A DNA stretch of 64,000 bases from positions 24,986,001-25,050,000 of the forward strand of contig NC_043013.1 in the NCBI RefSeq assembly GCF_006345805.1. Direction: 5' to 3'. Both the position numbers and the translations under genes were made by a program. Of the stretch, positions 1 through 13,687 are shown one piece after another. The first letter of the stretch is position 1, and every line of letters begins with the position of its first letter. This DNA is from Octopus sinensis. Lineage: Eukaryota. The notes under the pieces are model-generated. The model saw nothing but the letters and a program-made list of their open reading frames with translations. It made no database searches and had not been told where the DNA came from.

Positions 1-79
1 TGAACAACGGTAACCAATCTAAATCTTTGGATGATGTTGGCATTGGAATTATGTGTAATTCACCATCTTTGATAAGTAT
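1..79 (-). CDS. ECD: Ecdysoneless homolog, coding exon 4 (runs off the window start)
   Basis: Acceptor TTTTCTTCTTCAG at 80-92. ILIKDGELHIIPMPTSSKDLDWLPLF matches human [24 protein letters not shown]. Phase 0, consistent with exon 3. Confidence 0.93.
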   Translation of the reverse strand, partial: MLIKDGELHIIPMPTSSKDLDWLPLF

Positions 80-692
80 CTGAAGAAGAAAACAAAAATT
101 ATTGTGAGAAAGATGGAAAGTAGTTTATTTCTTTTATTCTTTTACTTGTTTCAGTCATTTGACTGCGGCCATGCCGGAGCAGTGCCTTCAGTTGAACAAA
201 TCAACCTGAGGCCTTATCATTCGTAAGTCTAGTACTTATTCTATTGATCTCTTTCATCAAACCACAAGATTAGGAGGATGTAAACACACCAACATTGGTT
301 GTCAAGATATAGTGGAGGGGACAAACACTGACATGCAAATACACACACACACGACAGGCTTCTTTCAGTTTCCATTTACCAAATCCACTCACAAGGCTTT
401 GGTTGGCCTGAGGGCTGTAGAAGAAGACACTTGCTGACAGTGCCATGCGGTGGGACTGAACGTGGAACCATGTGATTGGGAGGCAAGCTTCTTACCACAC
501 AGCCACTCCTAACAATTCTAATAATTTTGTTATCATATTCCTGTTGAAATACCTTACCTCTATTCCAATTAATTTTGAAAATATCACATGAAAAGCACAG
601 AAAAGGCACTGGTACCATGGGAAAAGCACCTGTGCCAGCCCCACATGAAAACCATTCACACTGACCCATTTGAAATTCACCTGTACTGGCAT

Positions 693-935
693 CACATGAA
701 AAGTACCTGTGCCGGTGCCACATGAAAAGTACCTGTGCCGGTGTCGCATGAAAAGTACCTGTGTCGGTGCCACATGAAAAGTACCTGTGTCGGTGCCACA
801 TGAAAAGTACCTATGCCAGTGCCACATGAAAAGTACCCGCACTGGTGCCGCATGAAAAGTACCTGTGCCGGTGCCACATGAAAAGTACCCGCACTGGCGC
901 CGCATGAAAAGTACCAGTGCTGATGCTACATAAAA
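693..935 (+). repeat. 26-bp minisatellite, about 9 copies
   Basis: Unit CACATGAAAAGTACCTGTGCCGGTGC, derived from the GTGCCACGTAAAAAGCACC subrepeat of family B. Confidence 0.9.
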
Positions 936-1089
936 TGCATCCAACACACTCTGTAAAGTGGTTGGCATTAGACAGGGCATCCAGCCATAGAAACCTGGTT
1001 AGTCAAGTCTGGGGAACATGAAGGCCAGTTGACATTGCCGTAATGGGAGATTCTTCTCTCTCCAAAGCATTGGCATAACAACCACACTA

Positions 1090-1520
1090 TTTCTCTTGCA
1101 GCATAAGCAGTTGCCCCATCTTGCTGAATCATGTGTGACATCTACCTTGACTGCCTTTCAAGTTCCCCAGACTAGCCCAGATTTTTTGTTGTGGGGATAC
1201 CTGAAAGAGGGGGTTTACGTCAAAAAACTGGAGACCCTTGTGCAACTGAAGGAGAACATCAATAAAGAAATCAGAGAAGTGGGGTCTAAAACTCTTGAGG
1301 GTGTTATGGTGCAAGTTTTGGAAAGAGCATGGGTATGCGAAGCTGAAAATGGAAGCCATTTAAGCAATGTCATTTTTCATATGTGAAATAGTGGTGTCGC
1401 AAAATTTGACTTGCACATATTAATTTCCTTTATGTTCTTTATATTGTGTCAAAATTTCATGCATTTATTTGTAAAGTTAAGGAAATTATTTAAAATTGAA
1501 ACTCATCAGTGGGACACCCC
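1090..1520 (+). mobile_element. Tc1/mariner transposase C-terminal fragment with 3' end
   Basis: SPDFLLWGYLKEGVYVKKLETLVQLKENI...ENGSHLSNVIFH matches the SPDLxPxDFFLWGYLK...GGHLxDIIF C-terminus typical of DUF4817-type Tc1/mariner transposases. Ends GGGACACCC. Confidence 0.8.
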
Positions 1521-1883
1521 GCCTGTGTATGTATGTATGTATATCATCATCGTTTAATGTCCGTTTTCCATGCTAGCATGGGTTGGACAGTTCGACAGGG
1601 GTCTGGGAAGCCAGGATGCTGCGCCAGACTCCAGTCTGATCTGGCAGTGTTTCTACATCTTGATGCCCTTCCTAATGCCAACCACTCCGTGTGTGTAGTG
1701 GGTGCTTTTTACGTGCCACCAGCACAGGGGCCAGAGGAGGCTGGCAAACAGCCACAATCAGTTGGTGCCTTTTACGTGTCACCGACACGGACGCCAGTCA
1801 GGCGACGTTGGCTAAGACACGTTCGGATGGTACTTTTTATGTGCCACCAGCACAGGTATCTTAACAACTACAATTTCCATTAG

Positions 1884-1931
<48 letters not shown>

Positions 1932-1946
1932 CATGCTAATGGAATA

Positions 1947-1989
<43 letters not shown>

Positions 1990-2050
1990 ATGCATATACA
2001 TCTTACAGACATACATACATACATATATATATATATAATATATATATATA

Positions 2051-2200
2051 CCGGAGTAAACACATAAATGTGAAACAAGGTAGAAAAAAGAGTACTCAAA
2101 TACCAATGGTAGAGTAATATGCTAGCAAAAACTGTCCGACGAACGGGAACGTGAAACTCAGAGTAACAGGTTTTGTTGAATTTTCTGCTGCTTTAAATAA
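2051..2200. mobile_element. Penelope-like terminal-repeat fragment inserted in (TA)n
   Basis: About 150 bp of complex sequence with (TA)n on both sides, carrying a hammerhead motif. No RT or GIY-YIG ORF here, so the class is inferred from the ribozyme. Confidence 0.5.
2125..2176 (+). ncRNA. Type I hammerhead ribozyme motif, variant core CCGACGA
   Basis: GCAAAA-A-CTGT / CCGACGA / ACG-GGAA-CGT / GAA / ACTC-A-GAGT / A / ACAG-G-TTTTGT. Stems I, II and III all pair; cleavage triplet GUA; stem III loop is 1 nt, so dimer-type. Confidence 0.7.
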
Positions 2201-5200
2201 AGTATATATATATATATATACACACACACACATACACATGCACAAGTATATTTACAAATACACACAAGACACTAAACAGACAGACCAGTTGAAAGATGAT
2301 TTCATGTTTCCAAAAATAGTCATCTGTAAATTTTAGCTTTTTAATAACCAACCAGCATCTATGTGTCTGTTAGAAAATTACATTTCACTAAATTGTACAC
2401 AAATAATTTAAATTTCCTTTTTTTTTTCCCTCCTTGTTTTGTTACATAATTTAACAATTCATATTGATCTGCAAATATTGATGAGCAAATAATTAAAAAA
2501 AAAAAAACAACCACTACAAATATTTCTGCAGCCTTGAGGATATTTTATTTTGTTTTCAGAAATAAACCAGATTTGCCAATATCCTATTCAGATCGTTTTT
2601 TTTTTTATAATTATGTATCCATCGAGGATATGATTAAACCAACTTTCATACACAGATTGGCAAAAACAGCAAGAGGAATATTTTTCTTTTTATTTCATAA
2701 CAAAGATGATATTCAGTTTCTTATTATTTTGTTGTTTTTCTGTCTTCTATTATGGTTTGTCATCATCATCATCAACATCAGTGTTTCTCAACCATTTCTT
2801 TCACCACTGGATCCTTCTTTCCTATTTTACTCAGATGGACCCTCCTAGCCATTTATGTTAAAAATATTCTATTATATTTTTTTATAATCAAACGAAATTG
2901 TTAAAATATGCGTAGGCATGGCTGAGTGGTAACAAGCTTGCTTCCCAACCACATGGTTCCGGGTTCAGTCCCACTGCATGGCATTAGGGCAAGTATCTTC
3001 TACCATAACCTCGGGCCGACCATAGCCTTGTGAGTGGATTTGGTAGATGGACACCAAAAGAAGCCCATCATATATATATATATATACATACACACACACA
3101 CATATATATACATATATATATATATATACACATATACACAAATGTGTATATATATATATATGTGTGTGTGTGTGATGCCACCACCGCCTTATCTGGCCCC
3201 TGTGCCAGTGGCACGTAAAATGCACCCACTACACTCACAGAGTGGTTGGCGTTAGGAAGGGCATCCAGCTGTAGAAACACTGCCAGATCAAACTGGAGCC
3301 TGCTGCAGCCTCCTGGCTTCCCAGACCCCGGTCGAACCGTCCAACCCGCGCTAGCACAGAAAACGGACGTTAAACAATGATGATGATATACACATATATA
3401 TATATACATATGCACATATTACTCTTTTACTTGTTTCAGTCATTTGACTGTGGCCATGCTGGAGCACCGCCTTTAATCGAGCAACTTATTCTTTTGTAAG
3501 CCCAGTACTTATTCTATCGGTCTCTTTTGCCAAACTGCTAAGTAATGGGGACATAAACAAACCAGCATCGGTTGTCAAGCAATGTGAGGAGGACAAACAC
3601 AGACACACAAACACACACATGCATAGATATATATATATACATATACACATATATATGTATGTATGTATTTGTGTGTTTATGTTTGACAACTGATGTTCGT
3701 ATGTTTATGTCCCTGTAACTTAGCAGTTCCCCCAAAGAGACCAGTAGAGCCTTTGGGTGTCCATTAAAATGATGATAATGAACAATGGTTCTCAATTGGG
3801 AGGTGAAAATTTATCTGCAATAAATTGGTGATACTTCTACAAATTTCTTTCACTTATTTCAGTCATTTGACTAGTCATGCTGGAGCACCGACCGCCTTTA
3901 GTCGAAAAAGTTAACTCCAAGACTTATTCTTTGTAAGCCTGGCAACGATCACGTTCGGATGGTGCTTTTTATGTGCGGCACAGGCGCCAGTCAGGGGTAC
4001 TAGCATTGGCCACGTTTGGTTGGTGCTTTTTACGTGCCACCAGCACGGGAGCCAGTCAGGCGGACCTGGTATCAATCACATTCGGATGTTGGCAGACCTG
4101 GCATCAACCACATTCGGATTCCATTCATTTAAATTCAAGTTTTGTAACATCATCACAGAACTGTCATGACTCTCTTACATCATCTAAATTAATTATTTTT
4201 GAAAAGAAATAGCTCCTAAAATTAATTTTATTTTGAGATTATCAACAATACAAAATATTCAAAAATTTAAGCTAATCAAATCTGTTTCCTGCCCACCTCC
4301 ATCTTTTCTGATGCCACCAAACATTGGATATTTATAGGAATATCAAAATCAATTATTATATGAGATAATGGAAAGTAAAGGTAACAACTACAGACAACGA
4401 AACACAGTAAACCAATCAGAGTAGGAGCAAGATTACACTTTAACTGATTCACTGTGTACCATAATGCAGCTATCATCATCATCAACATCACAACCATCAT
4501 CATCACTACTATCATCATTATTATCATCCTTCAATGTCCATGTTGTCATAGGCTGTATGCTGTACAGTCCTACAAGACCCACTGCGACCAAGGACTGCAT
4601 TGTGCCCCAGTGTCCACTTTGGCAGGGCTTCTATGGCTGGATGCACTTTCTAATGTCAACCCTTTAACAGTATGTACTCGGTGCTTTTTCCATTCTACCA
4701 GCATTACTGAAGCCATGCAGTTTAAAATTTTACAAGTCCCAAGGGGTCAACTTTTATGTAAAGCAAGGAGGGGGCAAGAGATTGGTAAAAGCATGAGAGG
4801 AAAGGGCCAGAGTAGCTACCTTGCTATGGAAAAGCTCACAGTTTTTGAAGAGAGGGTGGGAAGGACCGAGTAGAGCTAGAGAATGATAGGGTGTGGGGAG
4901 TAGGAAATGACTGACTGTGCTGAGCATAGCAATGATGAAACAGTAGACAGAAGGACAAGAAGGGCAGGGTAGTGCTTGAGGTGGGTCAGGTCAGGTCAGG
5001 TGTGAGGGCATGCACTGTTGCTGTGTGTTGCCGCACTCACCATTAGTTGACTCCTTGGGATTTGTACTTTTGCAAACTGCACAATGGCTTCAGTAATGCC
5101 AGTAAAATGGAAAAAGCACCCAGTCCATACTGTTAAGTGGTTGGCATTAGAAAGGGCATCCAGCCATCGAAGCCCTTCCAATACAGATTTGGAGTACACT

Positions 5201-6195
5201 ACAACATTCACAGTTTGTCTGTATATTCACAGGTCCTCCCAAGTGATCCATCAAGTAGAATCCTAGTCAGTCCTCCCCTCCATGAGATACCTTCTCATCC
5301 TCTGTGACCTTGTGGTTGACCAACATTAACTGTCAGCCCAACCAGAATTTCATTGAAGAGAAAATGGTGAGCAGGGGCTAAATCAGAAAAATCAAGCTAC
5401 ATGGCCAAACAGTCTGAGCAGACACTTTCAAATCATACAAGTAACGGCAGGCATCTCAATTTCCGAGTAGAGGATGATGAAAGACATTTATCCTTCATAA
5501 ATAGCTGTGGTACATATATTTGGCTAAAAGCTGACAATTGCTGCTTATATCAATAAATAAGATTCCTACTTAGTAATTAAGCCAACACAATTACAATATT
5601 CTTTATTCAATGTTTTAGTTCATTAATTATTTTCATTATGATATTCCTCTAAGGTTACCATTAATAAAGAAAGGTTACACATCATATTTTAATAAAACTC
5701 TTTTGTACTCACAATCAATATGTACTGGCTGGTGAATAATGAGGATTAAAATTTGGCCCTGATTAATTAACTAAATAAAGAACTTGGGAAGAACGTCCCT
5801 CCAATCAAATGTATTTTATCATACTTCTCAACCTTGGGGCTTTGAACCCAGTCCTATGGCATGTCACCTTGGGCAAGTGTTTTCTACTACAGCTCTCAGG
5901 TCAACCAAAGCCTTGTAAGTGGATTTGGTAGACGGAAACTGAAAGAAGCCTGCCACATGCTTGTTTTGACACTGCACAACTGTTATAAATGAGTATTGCT
6001 GTGAGCAGTAACAGTCATTTTCAATTTTCTGGGAAAATATGTTTGACCATGGAGAAATATTACTCTGCTTGGAAACAGGTTAGGATTGGCAAGAGGAATG
6101 GCATTTGGTCATAGAAAATCTGTCTCCATAAACTCTGTCTGACCCATGCAAAGCATAGAAAAATGGACATTATGAAGATGATGATGTGGAAAGGA

Positions 6196-6425
6196 TTAAC
6201 CCTTTAGTTACCAACCCAGCTGAAACCACCTCACGCTCTGTAGTACAAATGTCTTGTTTTCGTAAGTTTTGAATTATAATCTTCCACCAAACCTTGGTCA
6301 CAATTTATGTTCCTAACACTAGCTGAACGATAACTAAGTTATTTTACTAAATTCTTTGTTATATTTAAAATTAACTGAAAGAAACACAGAGCATCTCAAC
6401 AGAAATATGGTAACAAAAGGGTTAA
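6196..6425 (+). mobile_element. piggyBac-type MITE, family 1
   Basis: TTAA-CCCTTTAGTTACCA ... TGGTAACAAAAGGG-TTAA. Homologous copies at 37861-38077 (-) and 44688-44916 (+), and partly at 38394-38583. Confidence 0.85.
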
Positions 6426-8315
6426 AAGGCTGAAATGATGGGGGACAGCCAGTGTTTTACTATAAGCTAATTGAAGATATCTACTCAATATTTATTTAAT
6501 TTTTTTTTTTTAATTAATGGCTTTCCCTATTATAGGTTAGCCATTTCTGAAAGTTGAAACATTTTCTTTGTATTATTAAAATAGTTACTTATAGTGAATA
6601 TCATTCATAACACTAATTAATTATCACACAGACAGTCATCATCATCATCATCATCATTATCATCATTTAACATTTGTTTTCCATGCTGGCATGAGTTGGA
6701 CGGTTTGACAAGGGAGAGCCAGAAGACTGCATCAAGTTCCACTGTCCCCTTTGACATGGTTCTTATAGCTGAATGTCCTTCCTTATGCCAATCATTTTAC
6801 AGAGTGAATTACAGCATAAACATTTATTTTTAGCATTTTCTTTTTTTTTTAATGGCTTAGACAAGAGAGACAAAGCAGCCAATGATTCTTTCAAGAGTCT
6901 TGAAGACAGGTACAACGAAGGAAGAACATTATCCACAGACAAGTGACTTGGCCTGAACTCCTGCAACAGAGTAGTCCACAGTAAAGGCCCCCATGAGCCA
7001 AACATGGTCCTTCTAGGGGCCAGGTGATAGTATTAAGCCCTCACTTGGCCCATGGTGATACTATTAAACAGAATTAAGTAGGCCACCCAAAAGCAGAAAC
7101 CATTCCTTCAACAGGTTCAACGAGGCTGCAAAAAGAGACACTCTGCAAAGATAACATGCAGCAGTGGGGATTGAACCCAGAACCATGTAGCTGCAAAGTG
7201 AACTTCTTGGCTGCTTAACCACATCTGCAACACAAGATGTGTGTTGGAAATATTATTTCAGAAGATATATATATGGCGGTGCCCCAGCATGGCCACAGCT
7301 CATGAGCTGAAACTAGAATCAATCAATCAATCATATATATAAATAGGTGCCGGTGTAGCTGTGGGGTAAGAAGTCTGCTTCCCAACCACATGGTTCCAGG
7401 TTCAGTACCACTGTGTAGTACCTTGGGCAAGTGTTTTCTACTATAGCCTCAGGATAAGCAAAGACTTATGAGAGGAGCTGGTAAACGGAAACTGAAAGAA
7501 GCCCATCATTGTGTGTGTGTGTGTGTGTGTGTGTAAGACACTACCACTTGACAACCGGTGTTGGGGTATTTTAGTCCCCATAACTTAGCAGTTCGACAAA
7601 CAAACCGACAGAATATGTACCAGGCTTAAAGAAAAAAAATAAGTATTAGGCTTGATTCAGTTGACTAAATTTCCTCAGGGCAGTGCCCCAGCATGGCCAC
7701 ATGGCTGAAACAAGTAAAAGACAAGATAAATGAAAGACAGATACTTCCCATGGAATACTTTTTTATTGCTTCGCTTTATGCTACTTGTTTGTTTTGTTTT
7801 GTTTTGTTTTGCGTTGTGCTTATTTTTCCCAATACATTTGTCAACAATAACAGTCAGTGGATGTTTGAGCTCAAAGAGTGGGCTGAGAGGTCAATCAATG
7901 GCTCATCACAGACTTACAGAAATGAGAAATGGGAAGATGCAGCATTTATAGTTTCTGCCAAATACGATTCCAATAAGAACCGAAATTATGAGTTTGCCAA
8001 GTATTTGCCACAGAGCAATGAGTCACTGCAATACGTGGTCAATAATATTCTAACTTTAGAATATACAATATTATATAACACTTTGATGTCTGAACAATAC
8101 ACAACAAATATTGTGATGTCTGTAAATTCATTAAGAATATCATAAGAGCTCTTCTCGTTAATTATCCCCAATTATATACAGTGTATCACTATAATCATGG
8201 TATTGATACCAATTTTAATTACATCTGATTGGTAACTATACTCCAAGTTTCCATGCCAACTTGCAGCTAAAAATTCAGAGCAGAACGTAAAACTGAACTA
8301 ATTTAAACCACAACA

Positions 8316-8432
8316 CAGGGTGTCCAAAATGGTCTTTATTTGTTGCATCAATGTTGCACCACCTGCAACAACAGTGTTTTTCCAGCAAGATGGTGCACTG
8401 CCTCATTGGGGGTTGAGTTTCTGAAAGTTTCT
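8316..8432 (+). mobile_element. Tc1/mariner fragment (TIR fused to the QQDGAxPH motif)
   Basis: CAGGGTGTCCAAAA terminus followed by VFFQQDGALPHWGL. Confidence 0.6.
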
Positions 8433-8739
8433 AAATCCTTCAGTATTTAATCTGGCCATATCCAGCCAGAATATTCAACCTGTTTTATGTTCAAACTGAA
8501 CACATCCAACCTCTCACACCTGTCCTACAATGTCATTCTAAAAATATACAAACAAACCACTGAATTCTTGAAACTTACAAGATAGCACATGATCAATTCA
8601 AAATGTTTTGAATAAATAAGCAATAGATTTGATGAAGAAATCTGAAGGGTTAATGAAATTTCCTCAAACTGGTGGCTTGGGAGAGGCAGTCCAGTTTAGG
8701 TCATTTATGAAAACCCTATATCATCATTATTGTGGCAGC

Positions 8740-9135
8740 AATAATAGTAGGAGCACTCCGTCGGTTGCGACGATGAGGGTCCCAGCTGATACAATCAACA
8801 GAACAGCTTGCTCATGATATTAACGTGCAAGTGGCTGAGCACTCCACAGACACGTGTACCCTTAACGTAGTTCTCGAGGAGATTCAGCGTGACACAGAGT
8901 GTGACAAGGCTGGCCCTTTGAAATACAGGTACAAGAGAAACAGGAAGAAAGAGCGAGAGAAAGTTGTGGTGAAAGAGTACAGCGGGGTTCACCACCACCC
9001 CCTGCCGGAGCCTCGTGGAGCTTTAGGTGTTTTCACTCAATAAACACTCACAATGCCCGGTCTGGGAATCGAAACCGCAATCTTCCGACCGCGAGTCCAC
9101 TGCCCTAACCACTGGGCCATTGCACCTCCACTCGG
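8740..9135 (-). mobile_element. SINE family D (tRNA-derived head)
   Basis: GAGGTGCAATGGCCCAGTGGTTAGGGCAG...GGTTTCGATTCCCAGACCGGG with clear A and B boxes. Second head at 26900-27075 (-). Confidence 0.8.
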
Positions 9136-11126
9136 CAGCAATAATAATAAGTCATGCCCACCACAACTGAATTGAGATCCTAAAACCAAGGTGCCATCGA
9201 AAAAGCACTGGGGTGTGGGTGCTGGTGCCACATAAAAAGCACCCAGTACACTCTGTCAAATGGGTGGCGTTAGGAAAGGTATCCTGCCATAGAAACCAAA
9301 CCAAAAGTTGATGTGGAACCTGGTGCAGGCCCTGGCCTTACCAGTTCCTGGTGAATGATGATGATGATGAATGTAACCTATTGGTAAAATAAAGAGAGAC
9401 ACTTTATAATTTAGACCAGTGGTTCCCTACCTGTGGTCAACAGACCCCTGGTGGTCTGCAAAGGTAGTACTGGTGGTCTGTGAACATGTTAAGCTAACAG
9501 ACCTTTCAATGTCTTGATGTCTGTGGGAAAACTCATTTAAATAAAGGAGGGTGCTTTTTACATGCTGCCAGCAAAGTTGCCAGTCAGGCGGACCTGACAT
9601 CGACCACGTTCGGATGGTGCATTTTATGTGCCACCAGCATGGAATCTAGTCAGAGGGCACTGGCCACAGCTACGATATTGGTTATACTTGACTCAACAAG
9701 TCTTCTCTATTAAAAAAAAAAATTAAAATAACAGATAAAATAAAATAAACAAACACTCCACTTATCAGCAATGTATGTGGGATAAAATAGTTATCGTTCA
9801 ATTGTAACACTTATGTGATAACTATAAATTAGTAATGCAGTCATAACTAAGTCAATGCTTAGAAAAATCTTTAGAGAGTCCGTAATCTTGGAGTACAATG
9901 TTTACTATATAGTACAGACAGAAACAAATCAATAGGATTCCATACAGCAGTTACTATCTGTAATGAAATCAGTATAGAAGTCACCATTTAATTACAATCT
10001 GTAAATACACACACATTAACATACATGTGTGCATATAGGCACACAAATACACAAACATACATACATGATTTAAGTATGCATTAAAATTACATGACATGTA
10101 TTCATTCTTAGGGAGTTGAAGCAGTACATGTGTAAAAATCAACTCTCCTATCTCTCATTCTATATAGTTGTTTGCCATTACTCATACAACACTGCTGTAA
10201 AATTCCTCTCTCTCTCTCTCTCTCTCTCTTCAGCTGACTCATTTTTATTAGAAAAGATGACAAATTAGCAGAAAAGGTGGAGAACTGGGCTAAAATACAT
10301 GACACACACAATAGGGGTCTTACATATGTAATACAAGGAGTTAAAAAACAACAATTAACTACTACCCATGCAACTAGTGTGTAAAAACTCCCTCTTCAAG
10401 TGATTAAAACATAAAAGCGAAGGAAATAACTCCAATGAATGCAGGCAAAATTTTTGGGAAAAATAAAGATGATACAGCTGGGAGATGATAAAGCTCTATT
10501 TCACTGAATGTGCGTGAAAAATATTTATCTATCAGTTCATTTTGTTTTTTGTTTTTCAATTACTAATATCCACTTATTAGACTAGTTTGAGTGCTGAATC
10601 CTCCTCCTCTTCATCATCATTGTGACTTCAATGCTCAGTTTTCCATGCCCCTCATAGATGGGTCTGACAAAATTTGTTGTGGAAGATTTTCTGTAGATGG
10701 ATGCCCCTTAATTGCTAGCAGTGTATTCATCATCATCGTTTAACATCTGTTTTCCATGCTGACATGGGTTGGACGGTTTCACTGAGGAGTGGTGAGCCAA
10801 AGGCTGCACCAGGCTCAATCTGGTTTGGCAAAGTTTCTACAGCTGGATGCCACTGGCACGAGTGCAAATCAGGCAGTACTGTCATTGGCCACATGTCCTT
10901 ACTAGCAATTAATATTTACATACCAGTTGCCAGGAATGTGTTTAATATTTAAAACTGGTCTATCCAATTGAGTTACACCACTAAACTTAGTGGCTATTTA
11001 AGCAACACCTTTGTGGATAGTTAATGGGTTGGGTGCGGTGGAGATGATGATCCCCAATCATCACCATTTAACGGACAGAGTGACCAGAGATGACAAGTCT
11101 CGAAGGGTTTTGTTGAAGAAAATAAC

Positions 11127-11485
11127 TTATTACCTCTGCCTTAGCGAAGGCAGGGGTATTGTTTTCAGTTGTATTTGTTTGTCCGTGGACAAGATATTTC
11201 AAAAACTGCTGAATGGATTTGGATGAAACTTTCAGGGATGTTTGGCTTTGTGACAGGCACAATCTGATTAGATTTTGGGATTGATCTGGTACCGGATACG
11301 GATTCGGGATTATTTTTCCTGTTTTTTTTCCTTAATTTTTGAGAGCTGTCAGATTCATTTTTAGTATTCTTGTTTGTGAGAGCAATCAAGTTTATTTAAG
11401 ATGTTCTCATTTTAAAAATCATCTTCAGCTAATTGTTGAGAGGACATTGGTGTTACCTTGGTGGAGGTTTGCGTTGAGAGCTCTT
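11127..11485 (+). mobile_element. Helentron-associated non-autonomous element (HINE/DINE-1-like)
   Basis: 5' TTATTACCTCTGCC with adjacent hairpin GCCTT-AGCG-AAGGC; 3' inverted subterminal TTGGTGGAGGT; internal GGATACGGATTC repeats; TT flanks. Confidence 0.6.
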
Positions 11486-12934
11486 ATTATTATTATAATA
11501 GGTGGTGAGCTGGCAGAATCATTAGCACACCAGACAAAATGCTTAGCGTATTTCGCCCATCACTATGTTCTGAGTTCAAATTCCACTGAGGTCAATTTTA
11601 TCTTTCATCCTTTTAGGGTTGATAAATTGAGTACCAGTTGAACACTGGGGTCAGCTAATCGACTCATCCTCTCCCCCAAAATTGCTGCCCTTGTGGCAAA
11701 ATCTGAAACCATTATTATTATTATTATTATTATTATTACTTTTTACTGTTTTTTGAAGCTTGATACTTATTTTATTGGTTTCTTTTTGTTGAACTACTAA
11801 GTTTTGGGAATGTAAACAAACCAGCACTGGTTGTCAAACATGGTGGGGAACAAACACAAAGATATACATAAACACAAACACACACACACACACATATATC
11901 ATCATCATCTAACATCTGTTATTCATGCTGGCATGGGTTGGACGGACTTTTGCCCTGGGCTGGTAAGCCACACCAGACTCCACTCTGATTTGTTATAGTT
12001 TATACATCTGGATGTCCTTCCTAACACCAACCACTTTCCAGCATGTACTGGATGCTTTTACATGGTACCACACGAACACTTTTATGTAGCACCATGTGGA
12101 CACTTTTACCCAATGCCACACGGGTGCTTTTATGTATCACCACAAAATATGATCGTACAACCATTTCCTATTTTTTCTACCTTCAATCACATTGTTTGCA
12201 TACATGTAATCTAGTAAGAAACATTGTAACTGCCAATGCTGGCTCTGAATTCTATGGAGAAGCTAAAGAGATAGACTTAAAAGAGATGGGAGTGTATCTT
12301 GTCTTTAAAACCAACTGGTGAGAGAAGACCTCCAAATTACCTGTTAAAGACTCTGGGGTAATTCTTCCTCAAGAGACAATTTCATCTGAATATATTCATC
12401 TGCATTGGATACAGAGGCGTCGGCTTTTTCAGCACATTTGTCTATTCTAGGTTGTTTTCTTACATTCAACGTCTATGACTGATTGTCACAGAGAGATTCT
12501 GTCTTTTTACATCACCTGAATATTCTCTAGCAGAAGTAATGCAACAAAGTAGGGTTATATATATTTCCTTCATATCATGTATCTTTGCAACTATTTTTTT
12601 ACTCTATAAGACTGGCCACAGCTCCAAGTAAATTTATAATTTTATGAATATCTGTTGAGCACTTTTAGCAAAATATGCCTTGTTTAGAATAAATACAGTG
12701 TGTGTGTGTGTGTGTGTATATGTGCTCTTGTCTTATCATCACAGGATGGCTGTAAATAAGCATCATCATCACAATCATCATAAAGGTAAGGTTGTTTGTT
12801 CCCAATCCTCTATGGAAATCAATCCCAGCTAGGGGAAAATATTACTTTGCTTGGAAAGAGGCAGGAGATCTCCAGCCATCTACTTCAACAAATTCTGTCT
12901 TGCCAATGCATGCATGAAAAGTGGACATTAAATG

Positions 12935-13425
12935 ATGAGGATGATGATCAGGAGGTGGACTAGGAAGACAAGGAGGAAGAGAGAGAAGGCTAAGGAAGGA
13001 AAGGGGCAAGGAAGGGGGAAGTGCAAGGAGGGAGAAGAGGTGAGGAGGAGGGAGAAGAACAAAGAGAAGGGAGAAGGATGAGCAGTAGGGAGGATGAGGA
13101 AGAAGGGCAAGGAGGGAGAGGCTGAGGAGAAGGGAGAGGGCAAGGAGGGAGAGGACAAGGTATGGGTGAGTAGTAGGGAGGATGAGGAGGAAGAAGAGCA
13201 AGGAGGAGAGAGAAAGGCAAGGAGGAGGGAGAGGCCAAGAAGGGAGAGGGCATGGAGGAGGGAGAGGGCAAGGAGAAGGGAGAGGGCATGGCGGAAGGAG
13301 AGGGCATGGAGGGGGAGAGGGCAAAGAGGAAGGAGAGGGTGCTGAGGAGGAAGGGCAAGGAGGGAGAAGGACAATGTGTGGAGGATATACAGGAGGGGGT
13401 AGGGGAAGAGGAGGAGGAGGATATA
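12935..13425. repeat. Polypurine (GAG/GGA-rich) low-complexity tract
   Basis: About 490 bp of almost only G and A on the plus strand, with degenerate GGAGAGGGCA-type subrepeats. Confidence 0.9.
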
Positions 13426-13687
13426 CAAGTCTAAGCATAGTCAAGCAATTCAGCAAAGTCATGACAGGTCAGTTTATTGGAGACTCAAGCCCCACCCACC
13501 ACCACCACCAACACACCTTTGTGAACAATGAGCAAGGTGACTACTTTTGGTGTGTGACATAGATTCCCCCCCCCCCGATGGCTTTTTAATTATTAAAGCT
13601 AAAATTTGCTTTGATGAAGGTTGAGAAATTTAGGAATTAAAACTAAATGTAACAGTTGAAAATGCTTTTAATTACTATGTTTAAAAT

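Noticed and set aside
693-935. CRISPR-like appearance of the 26-bp array (also 51606-51780, 52270-52560)
   Set aside because: Units are contiguous with no unique spacers, derive from a retroposon subrepeat, and there are no cas genes; the context is eukaryotic.
376-980. Overlapping 141-162 aa ORFs
   Set aside because: Translations of the minisatellite and SINE sequence.
7854-7909. Minus-strand GTGATGA...CTGA as an intronic C/D snoRNA
   Set aside because: Short, no convincing terminal stem, and no rRNA-complementary guide that I could recognise.
7693-8145. 150-aa plus-strand ORF
   Set aside because: Starts inside a SINE tail and a (GTTTT)n tract; no recognisable homology or splice partners; antisense in an intron.
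12340-12530. Minus-strand segment with AG/GT-like boundaries as a candidate ECD exon
   Set aside because: Contains stops and has no ECD similarity; exons 3 and 4 join directly.
12842-13562. Pro/Leu/Ser- or Glu/Gly-rich ORFs up to 206 aa in several frames
   Set aside because: The polypurine tract lacks stops in many frames at once; no domain or splice support.
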